Source of the DNA: Octopus vulgaris
Lineage: Eukaryota
DNA length: 64,000 bases
NCBI GenBank assembly: GCA_951406725.2
Contig: OX597819.1
Location: 15,376,001-15,440,000, forward strand
Direction of reading: 5' to 3'
Part shown: positions 27,765 through 40,763 of the stretch, one piece after another
Position numbering within the stretch: position 1 is the first letter of the stretch
How the letters are laid out: every line of letters starts with the position of its first letter
Translations under genes and position numbers: made by a program
The notes under the pieces: generated by a model
Seen by the model: the letters and a program-made list of their open reading frames with translations, nothing else
Databases searched by the model: none
Told to the model about the DNA's origin: nothing

Positions 27765-28114
27765 GTTCTTGTCACTTTTTTTACCCCTCTGCAAAAGAAT
27801 TTTATTTAATTCATTTTGCAGGAAGGACTGCTTCGGCCGGATTGTGTTCTGCCCTTACCTTCGAAACACGCATTGAGTCGAAACAGGGGCAGCTGATGAA
27901 GGGGAATATTCCTTGTATTGTTTGTCTTGTACTCTGTTTTTTCGTTGTTAAAGAAAGTCCGTTTCCTTGTTTGATTTTATGTTTTCGTTTCTCGTTGTGT
28001 TCTACGTTTATTTGTGGTGTCCTGTACTCATATATGCATGTATAAATACATATAGATGTAGGTATGTACATATATGTATGTATGTATGCATATGTTTTAT
28101 TTATTAAATTGTTA

Positions 28115-28158
<44 letters not shown>

Positions 28159-31100
28159 TTTAAAAGATCAATAAAGATCAGGGCATATTAAAGTGAAGCA
28201 CACCACATCAATGACATTATTGACTATATGGTAAAACACAAGTCAACAGGTAAACAATCCAGAAAGTCCACAGGTGGTGGTTGGTAATCTTCAATTTTAA
28301 GAGTATCCAATGCTGAAGAGAACTTCAGTGTGCTGTAGAATAACAAATGACTGGATTACATGGTATCACTACAATCATTTCTTTGGGAGATTTTGTTGTA
28401 TTGTAACATCGTTCAGGCAAGGATGTATGAATTGCAACATCTCTAATATACTGAAAAACGCCAAAAGATAACCTCCCAACTCATCAGGCTGCACCATGTT
28501 ACGTCAGTGCAAATATTGATGTGCTGCTGGATAGCATAGCACCACAGACACAAAATGGAAGGAGATTGTAATGAATGTAACAAGCCACCATCCTTAACAA
28601 TTACAGTTATTTCAACTATTTATTTAACCCTTTTGTTACTAACCTGGCCAAAACCGGCTCTCTCTCTGTGGTAAAATGTCCTGCTTTCCTAAGTTTTGAA
28701 TTAAAATATTCCACCAAACCTTAGTCACAATTTACATTCCTAACACTAGCTGAATGATAACTGAGTTATTTTACTAAATTCTTTGTTATGTTTAACATGA
28801 TTGAAAGAAACACAGAGCATCTCAACAGAAATACAGTAACGAAAGGGTTAAAATAAATGGTCCAGAATTATGTCCCCTTGACATCCCTCAACACTTTTAA
28901 GACCAATCCACCTGAGACCAACAAGTAATCTTGATTAAAACCATCCTTCAACATTCTACCTTAATTTATGTTCCAAACACCAGCTGAATATTAATTGTTT
29001 TACTAAATTCTTTATCATTCACAAAATTAATTGAAACAATGGCAGTGTATTTCGACAGAAATATAGTAATATCATCATCATCATCATTTAATGTCCGCTT
29101 TCCATGCTAGTATGGGTTGGACAATTTGACTGAGGACTGGCGAACCAGATGGTTGCACCAGGCCCCAATCTGATCTGGCAGAGTTTCTACAGCTGGATGC
29201 CCTTCCTAACGCCAACCACAATGAGAGTGTAGTGGGTGCTTTTACGTGCCAGTCAGGCGGTACTGGCAAATGGATAAAACTAAATTAAAGTAAGTTAATA
29301 AAATTGAATAGCTATAGGTGCAGGAGTGGCCGTGTGGTAAGTAGCTTGCTTACCAACCACATGGTTCCAGGTCCAGTCCCACTACGGGCACCTTGGGCAA
29401 GTGTTTTTTTTTAGAATAGCCTCAGGCCAACCAAAGCCTTGTGAGTGGATTTGGTGGATTTAGAAGCTTGTCATATACTTATGTGTGTGTATGTCTTTGT
29501 TTCTGTGTTCATCCCCTGCCACCACCTGACAACTGGTGATGGTTTGTTTACATCCCTGTAACTTCGTGGTTCAGCAAAAGAGACCGATAGAATAAGTACT
29601 AGGCTTACAAATAAGTCCTGTTGGCAATTTGTTCGACTAAAGGTGGTGTTCCAGCATGGCCACAGTCAAATAACTGAAACAAGTAAAAGATGTTCTCTTA
29701 ATGAATTCTGCTTGTGGCACACTTCTATTTAGCGCCACTGAAAGTAATTAGTATATGCTTACTCTATGTGATATCCCTACAGTCACTGAAAGTTTGAGAT
29801 AAGAACTCCCTCAAATTTTTCTCTATTCTTTCCCATTTTTCTTTTATTTTCTAATTAATAATATTTCATCACCAATTCCTTGCACGTCTGACCACGCCTT
29901 TTCCCAGTATCTACTTTCTCTGACAACCTAACTGAACTACATATCCTTCCAATTGTCCAGTTACATTCCAGCCTCTTTCCGTGCTGGCATGGGTTACGAA
30001 GCTCTGTTCCAAGAGAGAATCTCATCAAATGTTGCCCTCATCTATCGGCTTTATGAGGTTCGAAACTCTGAAATTGGCTTTCACCACTTCTTCCTGTAGG
30101 GTTATTCCAGTTGGATCATCTGACCCTTTGTCATCAAACTATTAGCCATCAACACAACACACCTGTGTGTCAGCATGTGACAATACTATTGTTAATAAGA
30201 GCAAGCACATTCTAAAATGTCAATATCTTAGTAAGATGTGAGCCATGACACAATGAACTAGCAACATATTAGGAATGGCAATATTCTAGCAACACCACAT
30301 TCCAATCTCATAGCAATATTTCATTCCAATAATACAGCAAAACTACATTCCAATATTATTTCCTGTTCACATGGTATACTTACTGAAATTAAAACCAGAG
30401 ACTAAGAGACTGAAAGTAAAAAACACATAAATAAAATAAAATAACAACAACAACAATAATAATTTCTACTGTAGGCACAAGGCCTGCAATTTGTGGTGGG
30501 GGGAGATAATCGATTACATCAACCCCCAGTACTTGACTGGTACTTAATTTATCGATCCTGAAAGGAAGAAAGACAAAGTCAACCATCATAGAATTTAAAC
30601 TCAGAACATGCAGATGGACGAAATGGTACTAAGCATTTTACCTGGTCTGCTAACGATTCTGCCAGTTTTCAAGTTTTGGCACAAGGATACCGTAATTAAT
30701 AATGATAATAATAATAATAATAAAGATAGGCTACAGCAAATATTCTGCTCAATACCTATTTCTTTATTACCCACAAGGGGCTAAACACAGAGGGGACAAA
30801 CAAGGACAGACATAGGTATTAAGTCGATTACATCGACCCCAGTGCGTAACTGGTACTTAATTTATCGACCCCGAAAGGATGAAAGGCAAAGTCGACCTCG
30901 GCGGAATTTGAACTCAACGTAACGCAGACGAAATACCGCTAAGCATTTCGCCCGGCGTGTTAACGTTTCTGCCAGCTCGCCGCCTGCTCAATACCACAGA
31001 TTTGCTTGTCAGTTGTTTGACCTTAACCAGTTGAGCATGTCCCTTAGTGGCTGACGATATGTGCATCTCTGATCACGAGCAGAAGTAGTGGGGGAAGCAT

Positions 31101-34100
31101 CATAGCCATGTGTTGAGAAGGATTCTTTGGGGTTTGAATAATTCACCTCTGGAAACATGGGTGGTTCTTTCAACAACCTTAAAAAACCCTTATTCAGGGA
31201 CCTTTTGAGAGGGATGGGCTATTCAACCTGAAGAAATTTCTAACTGGGCCCCAACTGCAAGGTCATGTGCTGTTTATCTTGATATGAGATCACCATGTCG
31301 CGCACATATGGTTGTGATGCATGTGCCTGGTGTACCCTTATCAGACGGGTAGTCATGATGGGTATATTGGGCTTCGTATATTTTACCCCAGTGTCACTTT
31401 GATGGCATGAACTGCTCTCTCACTCAATAATAATAATAATATTGTAGCTATCGTCAGTTCCCACTGACTGGCTCTTGTGCTTGTGGCATGTAAAAAGCAC
31501 CATCCAAACATGGTTGATGACAGAACCCACTGACTGGGCCCCCGTGCCTGTGGCATGTAAAAAGCACCCACTACACTCTTGGAGTGGTTGGCGCTAGGAA
31601 GGGCATCCAGCTGTAGAAATATTGCCAGATCAGACTGGAACCTAGTGCAGCCGCTGGTTCTCCAGACCTCAGTCAAACTGCCCAACCCATGCCAGCATGG
31701 AAAACAGACGTTAAACGATTAATAATAATAATGCTTTCAAGTTTTGGCACAAGGGCAGCAATTTTGGGGGAGGAGATGAGTCAATTACATCAAACCCCAG
31801 GACGCAACTGGTACTTATTTTATCGACCCCCCCCAAAAAAAAAAGATAAAAGGCAAAGTCGACCTCAGTGAAATTTGAACTCAGAATGTAAAGATGGGTA
31901 AAATTTTGCTAAGCATTTTGCCTGATGTGCTAACGATTTTGCCAGCTCACTGCCTTACAACAACAACAACAATCCTTTCTACTACAAGGGGAAGGCAAGG
32001 GACATTGGTGCAAGTGTGGAGGTAGAATACCTACAAAAATCAGTATTGCTTGGAACTGCAAGAATTCTTCGCAGAGTTCTTGAAGAATAACCAGTAAACA
32101 AGTGTTGCCTTTGTCTACTGGCTGTGGACAGCTGACACTTTCCATCATTCCCAGTAAAATAAGCTGTGAGTTTTAATAGAATAATAATCCTTTCTAGTAC
32201 AAGCAGGAAACCTGAGATTATTGGGGGGGGGGTCTAGTTGATTACATTGACCCCAGATTGTAGAAGAAGGTACCATACTTAATGACTGATGTAGCAGCAT
32301 TACACGGCTAAAAGAGATACCTTACATAGATGTAATTATAAAGATATCAAATTGCTAATTAAAGAATTATAAAGATATCAAATTGCTAATTAAAGAATTA
32401 TAAAGATATCAAACTGCTAATTAAAGAATTATAGAGGTATCAAACTGCTAATTAAAGAAGTGATTACAGAGGTATCAAATTGCTAATTAAAGAAGTGATT
32501 ACAGAGGTATCAAATTGTTAATTAAAAAACTGATTATAAGGGTATCAAATTGACCAGGTCATGAAAGTTAGAGAAAGAGAATTACAGCCCAATTAGTTTG
32601 AAAGAGGATAAGACAAGATGAAATACAGTTTGGTCTTGTACAAGAGAGAAGTGCTACTGATGCCCTCTTTCTTATTTCTTTACTGCCCACAAGGGGCTAC
32701 ACACAGAGGGGACAAACAAGGACAGACAAATGGATTAAGTCGATTATATCGACCCCAGTGCGAAACTGGTACTTATTTAATCAACTCCGAAAGGATGAAA
32801 GGCAAAGTCGACCTCGGCGGAATTTGAACTCAGAACGTAACGGTAGACGAAATACTTCTAAGCATTTTGCCCGGCGTGCTAACGTTTCTGCCCTCTTTCT
32901 AGTAAATGGCAAGTGCAGGAGAAATATTTAGCTAAATGTAAACCATTGTATTTCACATTGATCAATTTGGAGAAAGCCTTCGAAAAGAGACTCTCACTGT
33001 GATCTGGTAGTCTCTGGGGGAGGTAGAAGATGAATGTCTGGCGAGAGCCAAACAAGCCATGTACAAGGGTTATACCAGTAGGGTGGGAGTCACCCATGTG
33101 TACAGCAGCAAAAACAAGTACCAAACTTATAAAAATAAATACAGGGGTCAATTTGTTTGACTACAGCTTGGCCACAGTCCAACAACCAAAACAAGTAAAA
33201 GGAAGATGACCCTCAAATTATTTTAAAAAGGACATTATTTAGTCTCATCTGATCCCTGAAAAAAAAAACCCCACATTTTTAAAACTAAACAATAAACTTT
33301 ACCTTTTTTTGATAAAACATCAGATGATTCTGATTTTTCAAGATTTTTTTTGGATGTCGTACTTGTTGCTGGCGCTGTGGTGATCTTGCCTAGTCTTTGT
33401 TTCACACTCACAGATTCCAAAGGTTTGGCATCAGGTGATAGAATGCCAGCCGTGGTTATTGGAGTATCCAGACTAGAAGAAGCTGGGGAAAACAAAAACA
33501 AAACAAAGCAAAATGAATAAATGATTGATTTGGTTAACTTTTTTGTGACTATATTTCCTTCTAAAGAGGAGACAACCTGTGTCATCATCATCACCATCAT
33601 CATCATTGTTTAACGTCCGTTTTCCATGCTAGCACGGGTTGGACGGTTCGATCGGGGTCTGGGAAGCCGGGAGGCTGTACCAGGCTCCAGTCTGATCTGG
33701 CAGTGTTTCTACAGCTGGATGCCCTTCCTAACGCCAACCACTCTACAAGAGTAGTGGGTGCTTTTTATGTGCCACAGGAGGCTGACAAATAGCCATGATC
33801 AGTTGGTGCTTTTACGTGCCACCGGCACAGAAGCCAGTCAAGGCGGCGCTGGCTTCGGCCACGTTCGGATAGTGCCTTTTACATGCCACCAGCACAGGTA
33901 TCACAACTGTGTATGTCAATTAATTTTAACACTAATTAAGATTTTATTGTTAACTTATAATATAGATGCAGGCACAGATGTGCAGATGAAAAGTGCACTT
34001 TGCAACCATGTTTCTTGTTCAATCCGGATGTGCAGCACCTCAGGCTGGTGTCTTCTACTACAGCCCTAGGTTAACCAGCACCTTATGAGTGGATTTCGTT

Positions 34101-37100
34101 TTGGAAACTGTGTGGAAGCCTGCTCTTGTATATATTGGAGGGGGTGGAATTTTATATGTGCGTATATATGTATATATAAATCCAAGAAACAGAATAAGAA
34201 CGTAACGGACGACAATAAAAACATACGGACAGATAGACTACATTCTTATTCCATTTTTTAAAAAATTTATATATACAAATAGCGGTGTACGTACACCTTT
34301 TGCTCACCTTGTAAGTATGTATATCTACTGCTATGCTAAAAGCAACCAGCACACCCTGTAAAGTGGTTGGTACTAGGAAGGGCATCCAACTGCAGAAACC
34401 CTGCCAAAACAGACTGGGACCTGGTGTAGCTTTCCAATTATGCCAGCCCTGGTCAAACCATCCAACCCATGCCAGCATAGAAAACAGACATTAAAGGATG
34501 ATGATGATGATGACAATGATGCTTTACCTGTGGCTTAACAAGGCAACCAATGGTTTCATATAAAGAGATCTTCACAATTGTTCAGGTGTGCCACATGGAA
34601 GAGTTGGTGCTCATCTCCATATATAAACATGTAAATGTGTGTCTATATGCATATTCATATGCATTGGTGTGTGTGTGTTTGTTTTTGTTTCACCAGCATT
34701 TGACAACTGGTGTTGGTTTGTTTACATTCCCATAATGAAGCAGTCCAGCAAAAAGAGATTGATAAAGTAAGTACCATACTGAAAATTGTGGCATCGATTT
34801 CTTCAACTAAACTTCTAGGCAGTGCCACAGTTCAATGACTAAAGAAAGGCTGTTACTGTCTTTTCCACTTTATAGCACAATAGAAATCACACATAATAAT
34901 TTGAATACCTTACACTTGGAAAGATTTTAAAATCAAAAATTTAGAAAAAAATAAATATATTTGTTTCTTTATTGCCTACAAGGGGCTAAACACAGAGGGG
35001 ACAAACAAAGGGATTAGGTTGATTACATCGAGCCCAGTGCATAACTGGTGCTCATTTAATTGACCCTGAAAGGATGAAAGGCAAAGCTGACCTCAGAAGT
35101 ATTTCACCCGGCATGCTAACGATTCTGCTAGCTCACTGCCTTAAAAAATAAAAATATTGCTGACTGTTTCACCATCATTTAATGTCCATTTTCCATGCTG
35201 GTATGGGTTGGACAGTTTGACATGAGCTGACCAACTGAAGGGCTGTTCAGGCTCCATGTCTGTTTTGGTATGGTTTCTATGGCTAGGGTCCCTTCTCAAT
35301 GCCAACAATATTAACCATATTACAGAACCACATTGATCTGAAATCCATACCTGAGGTCTAGAGGAATTTACTAGAGGATTGTAATGTGTGGAAGCGCATA
35401 GCCAAGTGATTAGGGGATCATGGTTTCAATTCTCAGACTAGACGGCACATTGCATTCTTGAACTAAGGACTTCATTTCATATTGCGCCACTCCACTCAAC
35501 TGTAAATAGGTAACTCTGTGACAGGATGGCACTCCAATCGGGGAGATATAATGTGGGCCTGCTCACCGGGCCAGTGGGGTGACGTCATTCAATAGCTAAA
35601 ACAATGTAAAGTGCATTCATTCATTCATTCATTAGGTGTGCAAAAATGGCCATCAACTCTACTCACTGTTACATTTCTGTGAAAGAGAGACACTAGAATT
35701 CGAAGTATTTGTCGTTGACACAGCAGCAGCACTTTTTAATTGAGACGTAATTTTCTTATACACAGCACCAGTCTTGTTAATAGATTTACTTTGTTTGGCT
35801 TTCTTTTGTTTTGGCTGACCAGATAAAGATTTTAAAATTCCAGCATATTCCAGCGGTGGGCCACTGCCATTATCATCTCCGGATGTTGAACTTGCTGGGC
35901 GTTTGAGGGTGGGTTTGTCTCCAAGACGAGCAAAGACAGATGAAGGTGTGGAACCACCTGGAGGCGTTGTCGTCGATGATACCTATGGAGAGAAGAGAGA
36001 GATACAAAAAACCAGGAGTTGAAAACTAAAATATAACAAAAAAGGGAAGTATTCCTTTTATATGTGGTTGCACATTTCTTTTTTAACCAGAACTGCAGAG
36101 ATTGGCTGTCAGTAAGTAAAGAATTAATAAAATACTGTGTAGATATGTGGAATTTAAATATTTAGTGTGTAGACGTGAATGTTTAAAAATATTCTTTTTT
36201 ACGCTAGACACAAGGCCCAAAATTTTGGAGGAGGGAGCCAGTCAATTACATCGACTCCAGCATGCAACTGGTACTTAATTTATCAACCCTGAAAGGATGA
36301 AAAGCAAAGTTGACTTCAATGGAATTTGAACTCAGAACGTAAAGACAGAAGAAATACCGCTAAGCATTTCGCCCAGCGTGCTAACGTTTCTGCCAATGTA
36401 TATGTGAGGAATGAGAGTGATTGAATGTGTACAAATGTAAAAAAACAGATATTGATTGGGTAGATATGAGGAAATCCATACTGACATTATATCTGTGAGG
36501 AATTAGATGCCAGCTGTGTAGCTGTAGATGGAAACTGAAAGGAGCCCACCATCTGTGTGTGTGTGTCTAGATATCATATGATGGTTGAAAATGAGCATCA
36601 CTATCATACAAATGAGGTTGGTTGCTTCCAGTCTTCTCTGAAAATCAGGCCAAGGAAAAATATCACCTTGTTTGGAAATGAGTGGGAGTGGACAAGAGGA
36701 GCTGTAGGAAATCTGCTGAAACAAATTCCATCTGACCCATGCAAGCATGGAAAAATGGACGTTAAATGATGATGACAGAAGAGTCTAGTTGGGTCTCCTT
36801 CCACAACTTCCATCCCCTTTAAGTGATCAGTACTTCATTATCGTCATTTAATGTCCGTTGTCCATGCTGGCACGCTGCACCAAACTCCAGCCTGATTTGG
36901 CATAGTTTTCTAGGGCTAGATGCCCTTTCAAATGCCAACCACTCCGAGAGTGTAATGGGTGCTTTCATGTGCCACCAGCATGGGTGCCATTTGTGTGCCA
37001 CCGAGGTGCATTTCCGCGCTACTGGCAAGGGTGCCAATTTGCGTGACACCAGTATCTGCCCCAACTGCGACTTTGCTCGTCTTGATGGGTCTTCTTCTCA

Positions 37101-40100
37101 AGTATGACATTATGCCAAAGGTTGTGGAGGCGCAATGGCCCAGTGGTTAGGGCAGCGAACTCGTGGTCATAGGATCGCGGTTTCGATTCCCAGACTGGGC
37201 ATTGTGAGTGTTTATTGAGCGAAAACACCTAAAGCTCCACGAGGCTCCAGCAGGGGATGGTGGTGATCCCTGCTGTACTTTTTCACCACAACTTTCTCTC
37301 ACTCTTACTTCCTGTTTCTGTTGTACCTGTATTTCAAGGGGCCGGCCTTGTCACTTTCTGTCACGCTGAATATCCCCGAGAACTACGTTAAGGGTACACG
37401 TGTCTGTGGAGTGCTCAGCCACTTACACGTTAATTTCACGAGCAGGCTGTTCCATTGATTCGGATCAACCGAAACCCTCGTCGTCGTAACCGACGGAGTG
37501 CTTCCATCCATTATGCCAAAGGTCTTGGTCATTGCCTACTTCTTTATGCAATTGTCCAAGCAACTGGCAAGTCTCTGTGATGGCTAAAATGGCCAAGACA
37601 TCTTTGGTCCTTTTAAATAACAGTGTACCATTCTACACCATGCCACATAAAAATTTAAAGCATAAATGAACATAATGAAAGATTTAGATATTGACCAAAT
37701 TAATGTGAGGAATTAGGATGAATGACCACCAGGTACATGTGACTAAGGTGGAGGCTAAGTGACAGAGACATATAAACAAGAAATATATTGACAAACCTTT
37801 GAAGAACTCGTACTTCGGACAATGACATTACCAGAGCCAGTAAGAGTAATTTTCGTAGACCCAGGACTGTTGTTGCTGCTACTGTTGATGCCGCTGCTAC
37901 TGTCTCCAAGACGTTCAAATACAGACGACTTCCGTGAATTCTTCCACTCTATAAAAGAGAAAAGTGGAGAATCTTAGTCGGCTGAGGACACTCTCTTTAT
38001 AAAGTGTGTGTGCACATGTGTTTGTGTATGTGTGATATGTGTATGTGCATCCGTTCGTGTCCGTTGCCAGCCTCGCCTGGCCCCCGTAAAAGTACCATCC
38101 GCTCGTGTCCGTTGCCAGCCTCGCCTGGCCCCCGTGCCAGTGGCACGTAAAAGCACCATCCGTTCGTGTCCGTTGCCAGCCTCGCCTGGCCCCCGTAAAA
38201 GTACCATCCGCTCGTGTCCGTTGCCAGCCTCGCCTGGCCCCCGTGCCGGTGGCACGTAAAAGCACCATCCGTTCGTGTCCGTTGCCAGCCTCGCCTGGCC
38301 CCCGTAAAAGTACCATCCGCTCGTGTCCGTTGCCAGCCTCGCCTGGCCCCCGTGCCAGTGGCATGTAAAAGCACCATCCGCTCGTGTCCATTGTCAGCCT
38401 TGCCTGGCCCCCGTGCCAGTGGCACGTAAAAGCACCATCCGTTCGTGGCCGTTTGCCAGCTCCGTCTGGCACCTGTGCGGGTGGCACGTAAAAAGCACCC
38501 ACTACACTCACGGAGTGGTTGGCGTTAGGAAGGGCATCCAGCCGTAGAAACACTGCCAGATCAGACTAGGCCTGATGCAGCCTTCTGGCTTCACAGACCC
38601 CAGTTGAACCGTCCAACCCATGCTAGCATGGAAAGCGGACGCTAAATGATGATGATGATGATATGTCTATGTGGTGAGTGTGGTCATGGCAATGTTGTAT
38701 GAAGTTTACTTCCTAACCACATGGTTCTGGGTTCAGTCCCACTGCATGGCACCTTGGGCAAGTGTCTTCTAGTATAGCCTTGGGCTGACCAAAGCCTTGT
38801 GAGTGGATTTAGTATGTGGAAACTGAAAGAAGCCAATCATGTACACATGTGTGTTTGTCTACTATCACCACCACCACTTGACAACCAGTGTTAATAGGAA
38901 ATGCAGACAACTGTGAAACAGTTAAATAATCATAAAAACATGTAAGGAGGGCAGACAGTTGTAAAGCAGTTGAACTATCTCATCGCACAAACAGGGAAGG
39001 TGGACAGTTGTGAAAAAGTTAAGCCATTCTATAAACCATCCCACAGTAGCAAGCAAAGGTTAAAATGAATGTCAAAACTAGAGAAAAGCTGAAAAATAAA
39101 CAGAAATACAGTAACCTCTCGCCATATCGTGGTTTATTATTGAAGTTTATGTCAATTCCTCTGTGGAGTTGTTTTGCATTTATAATAAAATATTTACGAA
39201 TTATAAAAATAATTTTTAAAAATATACAGTACTGTTTCTACTTCGCAGATTTTCACCAATCGTTGAGGGGGGGGGGGGGGGTAATACCCGCGATAGTTGA
39301 AGGATTACTATATACTCTCTTTACTCTTTTACTTGTTTCAGTCATTTGACTGCGGCTGCCATGCTGGAGCACCGCCTTTAGTCGAGCAAACCGACCCCGG
39401 GACTTATTCTTTGTAAGCCCAGTACTTATTCTATCGGTCTCTTTTTGTCGAACCGCTAAGTTACGGGGATGTAAACACACCAGCATCGGTTGTCAAGCAA
39501 TGCTAGGGGGACAAACACAGACACACAAACATATACACACACACACATATATATATATATATATGTATATACATATATACGACAGGCTTCTTTCAGTTTC
39601 CGTCTACCAAATCCACTCACAAGGCATTGGTCGGCCCGGGGCTATAGCAGAAGACACTTGCCCAAGATGCCACGCAGTGGGACTGAACCCGGAACCATGT
39701 GGTTGGTTAGCAAGCTACTTACCACACAGCCACTCCTGCGCCTATTCTTATACATAACATTTTTCTACTGTCAGCACAGAGATGCATACATATGCATCAT
39801 TGCATATATATATATATATAGCTTATGAGAGGTAATGGTGTCATTGAGACCCAAAGGTGTCAGGTAATGCTGAATAAGTGCTGAATAGATGGACTGCAGT
39901 TAAGTTCCAGGTTCGGTGATTTTGCGAATAAGGGGTTCAATGTTGGTTATATGTCAGTGTGTGTATAAGAATTTTATTTTGTAACTAGCAGTATCGCCCG
40001 GCGTTGCTCAGGTTTGTAAGGGAAATAACTATAAAGCATTTTTAGAGAGTTATAGCCAAAAAATAGCAAAAAAATGGAAAAAAATGATGGTAAATTTTTT

Positions 40101-40728
40101 TTTGAGATTTAAAAAAGGTAGAGTTGCGTCCCCTACAATTTTGTGGTTCGTATTCCTGATTCTCGACCCCATGTCGAATTTATCGATTTTTCAGAACTGG
40201 GGGAACTTTTCAAAATTTTCGCTGCGTTAGTTTTGAATTATGACATTGGGCTATGTGTGTATCAAGTTTCATCAGAATCGGTTGAAAGCCGTGGTCAGGG
40301 TGAGGGTACAAGCAAACAGACACACAGAAACACGCACAGACAAACTGCCGTTTATATAGAGAGAGATGAGTTGGAAAAACCAAGGCTGTGTAGATTTTAG
40401 AACATTTATAGATAGAAGGTCTTACAGCTGTTTCCAGAATATTTATCATATCCTGTCATCGGATATTGCAATATCCCTACATATCTCACATCTATTTTCA
40501 TGGTTGTTACATTCCAAAACCCACTGCAATAGGGGAAAAGCTGCAAAGTTTCCTCCACCTCACTCTATATTTTATATCTTATCTAAATTAACTATTTCTT
40601 AACCATTTTCTCACATCGTCTCCGATGAAGGGATATAATAAATATCCTGGAAACAGCTGTTAGACCTGCTATCTATAAATGTTCTAACATCTACACAGCC
40701 TTGCTTTTTAACCGCATTACGAAATAAA

Positions 40729-40763
<35 letters not shown>

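Noticed and set aside
27860-27915. CTGATGAAGG stem with upstream CGAAAC motifs
   Set aside because: No GAAA after stem II and no consistent stems for a permuted hammerhead.
30000-30165. Candidate extra exon of the C19orf47-like gene
   Set aside because: The required phase hits a stop within a few codons, and exons 7 and 8 already join in frame.
37915-38553. 212-aa ORF and overlapping repetitive ORFs
   Set aside because: Read-through of a GC-rich minisatellite in an intron.
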